64,000 bases of DNA from an uncultured delta proteobacterium (GTDB taxonomy: Bacteria > Desulfobacterota > Syntrophia > Syntrophales > Smithellaceae), in assembly GCA_963753975.1 (NCBI GenBank), contig CAVWEH010000002.1:691375-755374 (forward strand), written 5' to 3'. A model generated the notes under the pieces. That model was given only the letters and a program-made list of their open reading frames with translations. It made no database searches and was not told where the DNA came from. Below are positions 43,889-54,052 of this stretch, piece by piece. Positions within the stretch are counted from its first letter, which is position 1, and each line of letters starts with the position of its first letter. The position numbers and the translations under genes were made by a program.

Positions 43889-45760
43889 TTAAACGGCAAA
43901 AGCCGCTTCAGTTATTTCCAGGGGCGCTTTTTCATCCATTTTAATGGCTTCACAGCGCGCCTTCACAGTCGTCAAACTTTCCACGGCGAAAAATTTCGCC
44001 GAGGCCACCCTGCCGCTGTAAAAAGCGGCTTCCTTGTTTTCCTTATTCAAAGCCTTCTGTTTTTCCGCGCTGTCTGCTTTCTTTTCCTTATAGATCGCCG
44101 CGAGCTTTTCCGCAGCGATTCCGGCTCCATCAATAAGGAAATGTCCGAGTATCACATCGCCGAAAATTTCCATAAACTTGTAAGCATTAAGAATGGGGAG
44201 CAGGAAATTTCCCGCTTTTCCGGCCTGAACGAAAAACATCGTCAAATCCATGCAGGCATTGGCGGCTTCTTCCAGTATGGCGGTATATTTGCCAAGTTCT
44301 TTGTGCTCCTTCATTTTCTTGATGTTTTTCTGAATTTCGCCGAAGAGATTCATAGCATTCATGCCCTTTCTCTGACCAAGGCTCCTGCCCACAAGGGTCA
44401 GAGCCTGGATGCCGTTGGTTCCCTCATAAATGGTGGCAATTTTTTCATCCCGCAGATATTGTTCTACGGGGTACTCGGAGCAGTAACCGTATCCGCCGTA
44501 GACATCCATGGCCATGGAACATACCAGAAGAGACTTATCGGAACAGTAGGCCTTGACGATCGTGGTCATGAGATTAAGGAACCCCTCCCATGTCGCCTTC
44601 TCCTCTTCTGTTTTGGCGACTGTTGATTTGTCCATACAATACGCAACGAAGTAATTCATAGAGCGCATGCCTTCGAGGTGAGATTTCATCCACATCAATT
44701 TGCGGCGGATGTCAGGATGGTTGATGATCGTTACAGCTTTGGCGTCAGGGTTCTTTCCCGCCAGGATATCGTTGCCCTGAACACGTTCCTTGGCGTATTG
44801 AACGGCATGCTCATAAGCCGCTGATGCCGAATCCAATCCCTGCATTCCTGTTCCCAGTCTAGCTTCATTCATCATCTGGAACATGATGGGCATGCCATCG
44901 CGTTCCTTACCCAACAGTTCACCAATACACTTCCCATCCTCGCCGAAGTTCAGAGTTGCCGTAGCCGATCCTTTGATGCCCATTTTGTGCTCGATACCGC
45001 CTGTGTTGACATCGTTGGGTTCACCCAAAGATCCGTCATCATTAACCCGGATTTTGGGTACGATGAAGATGGAAATACCCTTTGTTCCGGGAGGGTCGCC
45101 TTCAATTCGGGCGAGAACCGGGTGAATGATATTTTCAGTAAGATTATGGTCTCCCGAAGATATAAAGCATTTGGTTCCCGTGATCAGGAATTTACCGTCC
45201 GGAAGACGCTTTGCCGTCGTCTTCGTAGCACCAACGTCGCTGCCCGCACCCGGCTCGGTCAGACACATAGTCCCAGCCCACTGGCCGGCATACATCTTGT
45301 GCATGTATTTCTTCTTCTGTTCTTCCGTCCCATAGGTATAGATGAGACCAGCGGCGCCATGGGTAAGACCCGGATACATACAGAAGGCATAGTTGGCGGC
45401 ACCCATCAGCTCCGTTACGGCGAAACCGATGGAGCGCGGCAGGCCTTGCCCACCGACATCGGGCGACTCCGAAGCGGCAAGCCATCCTGCCTCGACGTAT
45501 TTTTTCCATGGCTCGTGATAGCATTTAGGAACAGACACTTTCCCATTTTTAATTGTGCACCCTTCCTTGTCGCCTTCGGCGAGCGTAGGCGCAATGACGT
45601 TTACGGCCATTTTTTCGGCCTCTTTAAGCACCATCAAAAGATCGTCTTTGGAGAAGTCTTTAAAAGCTTCTGATTCAAACAATTTTTCAATGCCCAACTG
45701 TTCGAAAAGGACGAACTCTTGATCTCTCGTGTTCACCAGCAAATTACTCATAAGATCCAC
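43889..45760 (-). CDS. acyl-CoA dehydrogenase (long form)
   Basis: MCLTEPGAGSD, GTKCFIS, EHKMGI, YGGYG, IYEGTNGIQ. Confidence 0.93.
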   Translation of the reverse strand: MDLMSNLLVNTRDQEFVLFEQLGIEKLFESEAFKDFSKDDLLMVLKEAEKMAVNVIAPTLAEGDKEGCTIKNGKVSVPKCYHEPWKKYVEAGWLAASESPDVGGQGLPRSIGFAVTELMGAANYAFCMYPGLTHGAAGLIYTYGTEEQKKKYMHKMYAGQWAGTMCLTEPGAGSDVGATKTTAKRLPDGKFLITGTKCFISSGDHNLTENIIHPVLARIEGDPPGTKGISIFIVPKIRVNDDGSLGEPNDVNTGGIEHKMGIKGSATATLNFGEDGKCIGELLGKERDGMPIMFQMMNEARLGTGMQGLDSASAAYEHAVQYAKERVQGNDILAGKNPDAKAVTIINHPDIRRKLMWMKSHLEGMRSMNYFVAYCMDKSTVAKTEEEKATWEGFLNLMTTIVKAYCSDKSLLVCSMAMDVYGGYGYCSEYPVEQYLRDEKIATIYEGTNGIQALTLVGRSLGQRKGMNAMNLFGEIQKNIKKMKEHKELGKYTAILEEAANACMDLTMFFVQAGKAGNFLLPILNAYKFMEIFGDVILGHFLIDGAGIAAEKLAAIYKEKKADSAEKQKALNKENKEAAFYSGRVASAKFFAVESLTTVKARCEAIKMDEKAPLEITEAAFAV

Positions 45761-45803
45761 CTTTCTTTTTCTTATTTAGAAATATATTTTAAAAAAATAT
45801 CCA

Positions 45804-46436
45804 TCATGCCTGTTTTAAGCCTTTAATGAATACCTCTAATGCCGATTTGATTGTGGTGCGAATTTTTTCTTTTCGTTTCACTTTCCGGCCCGAAAAAAGA
45901 TACAGCGAGATAATGCCATTGAGTAGACCCCAGATAGCATACTGATTTCGTTTGGAATTGATGTTTGCGGGTAATTCTTTTGATTCCAGACCCGATTTCA
46001 GGATTTTACCAAACACATCAATTGACTTGTTATTGGCTTCGATGATTTGAGGATTAAGCTCCTCGGATAGATTCATTTGATCGGGCTGAAGCATGTAAAT
46101 CATAAGGATCCTAAACAGTTCACTGTCGTTTAGAAAAAAATCGGCGTAGGCATAGGAAAATTCAACTAATAAATCAGCCGCTGATTTTTTTTTATTAAAA
46201 AGCCCAGACGTTTGCTGATTAAATTTCTCGATATCGTTTAGTAAGACCTGGGTATAAATTTCTTCTTTGCTGTTAAAATAAAGATAAATCGAACCCTTGC
46301 CCAACTCGGAGAATTTAGCTATTTCGTCGACAGTAACGTTATTAAATCCTTTTTCTAAGAACAGTGAACGAGCCGATTTGAGGATTAATTTTCTGCGGTC
46401 GTCTTTCTCTTTTCCTCTACGTTCTAAGAGCCCCAA
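45804..46436 (-). CDS. TetR/AcrR regulator of the beta-oxidation operon (TTG start inferred)
   Basis: HTH ILKSARSLFLEKGF...ELGKGSIYLYFNSKEE; GAGG before TTG at 46436. Confidence 0.88.
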   Translation of the reverse strand: MGLLERRGKEKDDRRKLILKSARSLFLEKGFNNVTVDEIAKFSELGKGSIYLYFNSKEEIYTQVLLNDIEKFNQQTSGLFNKKKSAADLLVEFSYAYADFFLNDSELFRILMIYMLQPDQMNLSEELNPQIIEANNKSIDVFGKILKSGLESKELPANINSKRNQYAIWGLLNGIISLYLFSGRKVKRKEKIRTTIKSALEVFIKGLKQA

Positions 46437-46671
46437 AACAACCCTCTTCCTGCCATAAATCCTAGCTTGCTTAACTACAGTCAATATGTGACCAGCAGTC
46501 ATGCTGCTTGTAAAACAATAAGATGTTAAAGTCAAGGAAAAAAATATTTATTTGGAAAAACAGATAAATTTATAGATTTAACTCATGCTTTATTTGATAT
46601 TAAAAGCAATATTGATATTTTTTGCAGCTGAAAACGGTCTCTTACGTATTGGACACAAAGCTTCTCCAAAG

Positions 46672-47427
46672 CTATTTTGGCCGGCGTGCATATATATGCA
46701 ATGAACCGGCAAATTCACGGATTACAGGTATCCTTTCGAGAATAAAACCTATTTTATCCATTACATCAACTAGCTTAAGAGGCGTGGCCGGATGTAACCA
46801 ATCAAATGGCTTAATTCGGATGTCAACAAATCCTACGTGGCATAATAAATTATATATTCTCCAACTCAAGAATGCGGTTTCGTCGGGCGAATCTCCAATT
46901 TTTCGTTTTACCCAAGAAATATTTTTTTGCAGAGCAATTTGCGGATTAAGCATATTGGGTTCCGTAAAACTCAATATACCATTGGGTTTTAAAAGTTTAT
47001 AGATTGTGGCGAGTGCCGGTGTTATATTCAGATGATGTAATACCGATGACCCAATTACGGCATCAAAAGGACCCATCGGATCGCAATCTTCAAATCTGCT
47101 TTCTAAGAATTGAACCTGCTCTGCAGGAAGGCCTTTTGCCTGAGCTTTAGCTAATAACTCTCTGGAAATATCCACAGCAACTATCTTCGCACCTGTTCCG
47201 GCAAACATTTTCGTAAAGATTCCCGTGCCGCAACCGATCTCTAAAACATAACTTTCTGATCCTAAACGGGCGCTATCAGCAATTATTAACGCTCTTCTTT
47301 TCGCTCGGCGCTTTCCTGCCTCTGTCTTCCAGCCCCAGATCATCTCCGGATCTTTGTCGGCAATGTTTTTGCCATGAGCAATTTCGTGAAGCGCTTTTTT
47401 GTTTTCTGAGCCATTAATTCTACACAT
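46672..47427 (-). CDS. class I SAM-dependent methyltransferase
   Basis: VLEIGCGTG, FDAV, VLHH, LLKPNG. Confidence 0.9.
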   Translation of the reverse strand: MCRINGSENKKALHEIAHGKNIADKDPEMIWGWKTEAGKRRAKRRALIIADSARLGSESYVLEIGCGTGIFTKMFAGTGAKIVAVDISRELLAKAQAKGLPAEQVQFLESRFEDCDPMGPFDAVIGSSVLHHLNITPALATIYKLLKPNGILSFTEPNMLNPQIALQKNISWVKRKIGDSPDETAFLSWRIYNLLCHVGFVDIRIKPFDWLHPATPLKLVDVMDKIGFILERIPVIREFAGSLHIYARRPK

Positions 47428-47450
47428 TAAATACTAGGCCTGCTTGTTGT

Positions 47451-48905
47451 TTATACAAATTTGATTCGTCTTAAAGCAAAAAAGACCATTCTCAGTAATA
47501 GCCAGCCATGTTTCCAGCGGCTGATATTGGTCTTGCCATAAGTACGCTCACGGTAACGGATAGGAACTTCAACAATTTTCAAATTCAATTTGGCAGCACC
47601 GAATAAAAGATCAAAATCACCAAAAGGATCGAAATCACCAAAGTATGACCGGTTTGCCGCAATTCTTTCATAATCGGCCTTCCAAAGCGCTTTTGTCCCG
47701 CATAAGGTATCCTTGATCGGCTGCCCCAATAACCAGGAAAAGGCTAAACTGAAAAATTTATTGCCCAGTAAGTTCAGAAAACGCATTGCTTCTTTTTCCA
47801 TTGGATAAACTAATCGCACCCCATTTACAAATTCAGCCTTGCCATTGGCAAGCACGTCGTAAAACCTAGACAGATCTTCCGGCGGCACTGTCAAATCAGC
47901 ATCAAGAATCATCAGGATATCACCGCTTGCATGCTGGAAACCTAAACGAACAGCATCACCTTTACCTTTGCCCTCTTGACGTAAAAGCATAAACGGCCGA
48001 CGAGGATTGTCCGCCATCGCTTTTTTGATTGTTTCGTAAGTATTATCAGTAGAATTACCTTCAACAAATATTATTTCTGTACCTCCACCCATTTCCGGTA
48101 TGGAGGACAATATATTGGCGATATTACCGGCTTCATTACGTGCAGGAACAATAACTGAAACCCTAGGCACATCTAACATCGTTGCATTATAAGCGCAGGG
48201 CTTGGCAACAATAATATGAGTTAGGGCAAATAATTTAAAGGGCCAGATTTTGGCAACAAACCGGTTCAATAAAGAAGCAACTAATGGAGTCCGCATAGGC
48301 CAGATCATTTCCTCCCAGTGCCTGACAATCTCAAAATTGGTCAGAGAAAGCAAACCCGTTATGTCTTCCACCGTAAGCCAGTTTTGGAACAAGGCCGGCT
48401 TTGCCAGTCTCAACTTTCTGACAATCCAAAGCGGCAACTCCCATAAGCGGCTATAAGAAGTAATAATTATCCTTGATCTTGGTGTGGTAAAAGACTGTAT
48501 ATTCTTAAATACTAATTGTACGTCCCATAATTCGTTGACCAGGTCAGAAAGGATGATAAAATCGAATTTGGTTTCCAGATCAAGTTCATGGGCGTCGGCT
48601 TGAATAAAGTGTAAATTGGGATAGCGGTTCTTGGCGCGCTCAATTATTTCCGCCGAGAAATCTACACCAACTCCATAAGAAGGCTTAAGAGCAGCAAGCA
48701 GATCACCATAACTACAACCTATCTCAATTACACTCTGTCCGGATGGAATAACAAATTGTAATACCTTTTGTAACCGATGGTGATAATACCCGCTGAAACC
48801 TTGCCGCTTATCAGCCTTTCGGGCAACCTTATCCCAATGGGAAATACGTGCTTTTTGATAATTTTTATACTCCAGCAGCTTTTCATGAAAATCATTTTTT
48901 TTCAT
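47451..48905 (-). CDS. methyltransferase / GT2 (polyprenyl-phosphate sugar synthase-like) fusion
   Basis: N-terminal IEIGCSYG; C-terminal VIVPARNEA, EGNSTD, GKGDAV, ILDADL, DTLCGTK. Confidence 0.9.
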   Translation of the reverse strand: MKKNDFHEKLLEYKNYQKARISHWDKVARKADKRQGFSGYYHHRLQKVLQFVIPSGQSVIEIGCSYGDLLAALKPSYGVGVDFSAEIIERAKNRYPNLHFIQADAHELDLETKFDFIILSDLVNELWDVQLVFKNIQSFTTPRSRIIITSYSRLWELPLWIVRKLRLAKPALFQNWLTVEDITGLLSLTNFEIVRHWEEMIWPMRTPLVASLLNRFVAKIWPFKLFALTHIIVAKPCAYNATMLDVPRVSVIVPARNEAGNIANILSSIPEMGGGTEIIFVEGNSTDNTYETIKKAMADNPRRPFMLLRQEGKGKGDAVRLGFQHASGDILMILDADLTVPPEDLSRFYDVLANGKAEFVNGVRLVYPMEKEAMRFLNLLGNKFFSLAFSWLLGQPIKDTLCGTKALWKADYERIAANRSYFGDFDPFGDFDLLFGAAKLNLKIVEVPIRYRERTYGKTNISRWKHGWLLLRMVFFALRRIKFV

Positions 48906-48927
48906 AACAACAATTTTCCCAGATAAA

Positions 48928-49595
48928 CTATTGTCCCGCTTTCTTCAATAATATATTAAAGTATAGTACAAAAAAAGAGGGTAAAAAAGGAAATAATCTT
49001 AATTTTTTTCTAATATAAAATAGTCTCCACAAGCATTGGGAAAATTTTTATAGTCAGTCACATGATGTTGTTCAATTCTATCATATCCAATTAATCTAAA
49101 TAACTTTACCATATCTTTATCTACCCTTGGTATACCAACCAGTAAACGGCCATGGGGTTTTAATATACGGAACATTTCCTGTAATATTTTTTTACAACCA
49201 TGAATATGTTCAAAAAAGGAGAAAGCCACAATTAAATCAAATGTATTATTTGGAAAATTTATTGTCAACAAATCATCCCGATAAAGTTTCGCATTTATAC
49301 CAAGTTTTTGCAAACAGGACTGAACAACACTTGGATTTGAGGCAATGTCAATCCCATAAAGCCTGTAGGATATAGCAAATAGCGTCGGCAGTAATAAGCC
49401 GCTCCCATATCCAAACTCCAATACATTTTCATATGGTGGAGAGAGCAGTGAAAGATATTGCTGAATCCGATAACGGCATAAAGCTCCAATTAATGGCTTG
49501 TAATAATATGGTAAAGGATCATCATCGCCATTAGGTTGGAACGTTCTTTTGGGAAACAATTTAAATTTTGCAGCATTTTTCATCTTCGTATTCAT
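48928..49595 (-). CDS. class I SAM-dependent methyltransferase (probable 3' extension past an A-run to 48928)
   Basis: VLEFGYGSG, FDLIV, FEHI, RILKPHG; ORF stops at 48999 just after an A7 run, shifted frame continues LRLFPFLPS...KAGQ*. Confidence 0.8.
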
Positions 49596-51553
49596 TTCAT
49601 ATTCTTAAATTTCGGATTTATTCGAATTGCTTCCCTTAAATGATATGCTGCTTCGGCAAAAAGTCCTTGTCGTCTCAAAATTTCTGCCAAATAAAAATGA
49701 GCACCGGCATATTCAGGCTTAATTTCTAGTGCTTCGGTAAACTCTTTAACGGCAAGATCATTTTTTTTGTAAATACCATAAACAATTCCGCGATTAAAAT
49801 ACGCTTCTGCAAGTTTTTGATTTAATCTTAACGCCTGATTGAAATCAGCAAGTGCTTTTTCGTATTGTGCTTTTAAACGAAAAGCTACGCCCCTGTTGTT
49901 GAAAGCGCCTGGCATTTCCGGCTCAACTTTTATTGCTGCCGTGAAATCATCAATGGCCAAGTCAAAACGGCCCATTTCCAAATAAAGCAACCCCCGGTTG
50001 AAATACGTATCGGCAAATCGTGATCCTATTTTGAGTGCATGATTATAATCTCTCAGTGCGTATTTATTTTGACCGATAGCTTGATAAACTATAGCTCTGT
50101 TATTTAAAGCATCTGTATAATTTTTATCAATCTCTAATGCCGAATCAAAATCTGTTATAGCCAACTGATATTGACCATTACTGGCATATGCCCGACCTCT
50201 AAAATTATACGCAACGCCAACTTTATTATCTTTCTTAAGCACATCGTTCCATAATGCAAAGTTATCACCCCACAATTGACAACGTTGCCAAGCAAGAAAT
50301 GATAAAACTATTATTATAACGGATGCTATTAAAACTATGCCTACCTTACTGCACGGCCGTTTTTTGACAAAATCAGCCGCAAACCAGACAATCATTATAA
50401 ACAGTCCAATCAATGGAATATAAGCATAACGATCGGCCATTGCCTGGGCGCCTACCTGTACAATTCCGATCACGGGTACTAAAGTACCTATGTACCAAAA
50501 CCACCCTACCGGCAAATAAGGATATTTCCGAAAATACCTGCATACTGTAATGGTAATTATAAGTAACAATGAGGCAGATAGGAATATTTGCCATGACGGT
50601 TTATCTATATTTGGATAAAAAACGGCAAGATCCAGCGGCCAGAATAACTTCTTTATATACAGCATATAGGAAACTATGGCGTTATTAATACGTTCAGCCA
50701 ATGGTAAAAAATCCAAACTGGCCACAGTATTTACTGATCTGGCTGCATAAAAGGTCAGACAAATAGAAATGCCTGTTAATATAAGAAGAGGAATCTTCTC
50801 CAAAATCAAAAATGATATTTTAGTCTTTTTAACTGAAGGTGACGTTGATGCTTCTGATCGATCTTCGTCTCGCTGATTGATTGCAGTGCGCTTCAATGGC
50901 CAGTAATCAAGGAGTAACAAAACAAAGGGCAGTGTTATCAGCATCGGCTTGCACATGAGCCCCAAAGCAAAACAAATCAACACCGGCAGATATCTTTTCC
51001 AGTGGGGAGACCTGACATACCAAACATAAAAGAGCATCGTTGATATCCAGAAAAAAGTACTAAGCACGTTTTTCCGCTCTGCTATCCAGGCTACGGATTC
51101 CACATTGATCGGATGAATGGCAAACAAAACCGCCACAAAAGCGCTTCGCCAGATTACTCCAGTAAGAGTATCCAGAAGTAAAAATAATAAAACAGTATTG
51201 AGAATATGGATAATCACGCTGGTCCAATGATGGCCGCCGGCTTTATCACCAAATACCTGCCAATCCAGCATATGCGACATCATAGTCAAAGGAAGCCAGT
51301 GACCGGTATGAAAATCGGTAAATGCATACGTTATACTCTTTAATGTAAAGCCCGATTGGATTCCAAAATTGTTTGTAACATAAAGTGGATCATCATAGTG
51401 GACAAATCCATAATTTTGCACATTCCAATAGCTCGTTAAGATAATAGCAATAATGGCCATGCTGATGATCAATTTCTTTTGGTTTGCAGAAATATGCTCG
51501 TTCATAATATCATAAAACTTGAGTTGATATTCAACCACCTTATTTCGTTTCAA
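49592..51553 (-). CDS. TMTC-like GT-C glycosyltransferase with C-terminal TPRs (copy A)
   Basis: FVHYDD, HWLPLT, FAIHPINVESVAWIAERK, ADRYAY; TPR array. Confidence 0.88.
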   Translation of the reverse strand: MKRNKVVEYQLKFYDIMNEHISANQKKLIISMAIIAIILTSYWNVQNYGFVHYDDPLYVTNNFGIQSGFTLKSITYAFTDFHTGHWLPLTMMSHMLDWQVFGDKAGGHHWTSVIIHILNTVLLFLLLDTLTGVIWRSAFVAVLFAIHPINVESVAWIAERKNVLSTFFWISTMLFYVWYVRSPHWKRYLPVLICFALGLMCKPMLITLPFVLLLLDYWPLKRTAINQRDEDRSEASTSPSVKKTKISFLILEKIPLLILTGISICLTFYAARSVNTVASLDFLPLAERINNAIVSYMLYIKKLFWPLDLAVFYPNIDKPSWQIFLSASLLLIITITVCRYFRKYPYLPVGWFWYIGTLVPVIGIVQVGAQAMADRYAYIPLIGLFIMIVWFAADFVKKRPCSKVGIVLIASVIIIVLSFLAWQRCQLWGDNFALWNDVLKKDNKVGVAYNFRGRAYASNGQYQLAITDFDSALEIDKNYTDALNNRAIVYQAIGQNKYALRDYNHALKIGSRFADTYFNRGLLYLEMGRFDLAIDDFTAAIKVEPEMPGAFNNRGVAFRLKAQYEKALADFNQALRLNQKLAEAYFNRGIVYGIYKKNDLAVKEFTEALEIKPEYAGAHFYLAEILRRQGLFAEAAYHLREAIRINPKFKNMK

Positions 51554-53814
51554 AAGTTTCCCCTGCAGAATTTATTCCTATAAACCAAGCCGATTAAGAG
51601 ATATAATTTTTTCATTTTAAAACAGGATTTACTCTTACACCTGGTCCTAATTAATAGAACATTCTTCTTATCGCTTTTCAGTTGTCAATATTATTTTTAA
51701 TCTTTACCTTATCTTTATCTTTATATTCTGGATTTATTCGAATTGCTTCCTTTAAATGATATGCTGCTTCAGCAAAAAGTCCCTTTCGTCTCAAAATTTC
51801 TGCCAAATAAAAATGAGCACCGGCATATTCCGGCTGGAGGCTTAGAGCTTTCTGGAAATGTTTTGCAGCTTCATCCATACTATCTTGCTGCAGTAAAACT
51901 TTACCCAGATTATAATGAGTAATGGCATTAGCAGGTTGAAGTTGTAATACTTCGTTATATTCTTTTACGGCTTCTTCGATTTTTCTCTGCCTCAGCAACG
52001 CATTCGCCAAATTATCATGAAACGCGGGCTGATTACTGTTTAAAGCAATGGCTTTCTTGTATTCCTCTATAGCTTTAGCAACAAAATTCATTTTAAGCAA
52101 AATACAGCCGATGTCGTTATGAGTTCTAGCAGATTGAGGGCTAAACTTTAAAGCCTGTCTAAAAGCAGCGATAGCTTCATCAAAACGTTTCATCTTAAAA
52201 AAGATATAACCGATGCCGTTATATGCCTCAGCAGATTGAGGGTTAACCTTTAAAGCCTGGTTAAAAGCCGCAAGTGCTTTATCATTTTCCCCTTGCATGC
52301 TGAAAGCATGGCCCAAGTTTATTAGCGCCAAATCAATTTTCGGATTTAATATCAGTGCCGTGTTATAGTGCTTTATGGCTTCTTCTATTTTGTTCTGTTT
52401 AAGTAATTCACCGGCCAAACCTATATGGGCGAAAAAATTAAATTTAGTAACCTTAAGAGCATGCTCAAATAGTGTTATATTGTTTTCCCAATATTTTACC
52501 TGAAAATTTGTAAGGATTAGCAAGGTTGTAATTACTACGCCAGCAGTCAGCGCAATAATTTTCGGTGACAAGTATTTTTTTAGAATATCTGTCATACCCC
52601 ACGCTGCTATTATAAACAGTCCAATCAATGGAATATAAGCATAACGATCGGCCATTGCCTGGGCGCCTACCTGTACAATTCCGATCACGGGTACTAAAGT
52701 ACCTATGTACCAAAACCACCCTACCGGCAAATAAGGATATTTCCGAAAATACCTGCATACTGTAATGGTAATTATAAGTAACAATGAGGCAGATAGGAAT
52801 ATTTGCCATGACGGTTTATCTATATTTGGATAAAAAACGGCAAGATCCAGCGGCCAGAATAACTTCTTTATATACAGCATATAGGAAACTATGGCGTTAT
52901 TAATACGTTCAGCCAATGGTAAAAAATCCAAACTGGCCACAGTATTTACTGATCTGGCTGCATAAAAGGTCAGACAAATAGAAATGCCTGTTAATATAAG
53001 AAGAGGAATCTTCTCCAAAATCAAAAATGATATTTTAGTCTTTTTAACTGAAGGTGACGTTGATGCTTCTGATCGATCTTCGTCTCGCTGATTGATTGCA
53101 GTGCGCTTCAATGGCCAGTAATCAAGGAGTAACAAAACAAAGGGCAGTGTTATCAGCATCGGCTTGCACATGAGCCCCAAAGCAAAACAAATCAACACCG
53201 GCAGATATCTTTTCCAGTGGGGAGACCTGACATACCAAACATAAAAGAGCATCGTTGATATCCAGAAAAAAGTACTAAGCACGTTCTTCCGCTCTGCTAT
53301 CCAGGCTACGGATTCCACATTGATCGGATGAATGGCAAACAAAACCGCCACAAAAGCGCTTCGCCAGATTACTCCAGTAAGAGTATCCAGAAGTAAAAAT
53401 AATAAAACAGTATTGAGAATATGGATAATCACGCTGGTCCAATGATGGCCGCCGGCTTTATCACCAAATAACTGCCAATCCAGCATATGCGACATCATAG
53501 TCAAAGGAAGCCAGTGACCGGTATGAAAATCGGTAAATGCATACGTTATACTCTTTAATGTAAAGCCCGATTGGATTCCAAAATTGTTTGTAACATAAAG
53601 TGGATCATCATAGTGGACAAATCCATAATTTTGCACATTCCAATAGCTCGTTAAGATAATAGCAATAATGGCCATGCTGATGATCAATTTCTTTTGGTTT
53701 GCAGAAATATGCTCGTTCATAATATCATAAAACTTGAGTTGATATTCAACCACCTTATTTCGTTTCAAAAGTTTCCCCTGCAGAATTTATCCCTATAAAC
53801 CAAGCCGATTAAGA
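50394..53814. repeat. 1206-bp near-identical direct repeat (50394-51599 and 52609-53814)
   Basis: Read by eye at offset 2215; only three substitutions seen (51071/53286, 51256/53471, 51576/53791). Confidence 0.92.
51678..53768 (-). CDS. TMTC-like GT-C glycosyltransferase with C-terminal TPRs (copy B)
   Basis: Same GT-C motifs as copy A; different last TM and TPR array. Confidence 0.88.
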   Translation of the reverse strand: MKRNKVVEYQLKFYDIMNEHISANQKKLIISMAIIAIILTSYWNVQNYGFVHYDDPLYVTNNFGIQSGFTLKSITYAFTDFHTGHWLPLTMMSHMLDWQLFGDKAGGHHWTSVIIHILNTVLLFLLLDTLTGVIWRSAFVAVLFAIHPINVESVAWIAERKNVLSTFFWISTMLFYVWYVRSPHWKRYLPVLICFALGLMCKPMLITLPFVLLLLDYWPLKRTAINQRDEDRSEASTSPSVKKTKISFLILEKIPLLILTGISICLTFYAARSVNTVASLDFLPLAERINNAIVSYMLYIKKLFWPLDLAVFYPNIDKPSWQIFLSASLLLIITITVCRYFRKYPYLPVGWFWYIGTLVPVIGIVQVGAQAMADRYAYIPLIGLFIIAAWGMTDILKKYLSPKIIALTAGVVITTLLILTNFQVKYWENNITLFEHALKVTKFNFFAHIGLAGELLKQNKIEEAIKHYNTALILNPKIDLALINLGHAFSMQGENDKALAAFNQALKVNPQSAEAYNGIGYIFFKMKRFDEAIAAFRQALKFSPQSARTHNDIGCILLKMNFVAKAIEEYKKAIALNSNQPAFHDNLANALLRQRKIEEAVKEYNEVLQLQPANAITHYNLGKVLLQQDSMDEAAKHFQKALSLQPEYAGAHFYLAEILRRKGLFAEAAYHLKEAIRINPEYKDKDKVKIKNNIDN

Positions 53815-54052
53815 TGTAAATATTAATCTCAAGCTATTTTGGACGATGAGCACTGATGTGAATTACGGATAGATTGTAGCCAGGATATCATTGACATATA
53901 TGTAGTACAGTGTTACATTTTTTGCTAGCAAAATAAAGTATTTATCAAAAAATTGTATATATTTAGACTTCGAAAAATTTTTCCAAAAGAATTTATTTTG
54001 TCGTATTTCAAACAACTTTGACTATTGAAGTTGTTCCATTCAGGGAGGGAGA

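Noticed and set aside
46471..46501. TGAC-N5-GTCA and TAAC-N4-GTCA as the fad TetR operator
   Set aside because: Plausible but too short and inconsistently spaced to support from one site.
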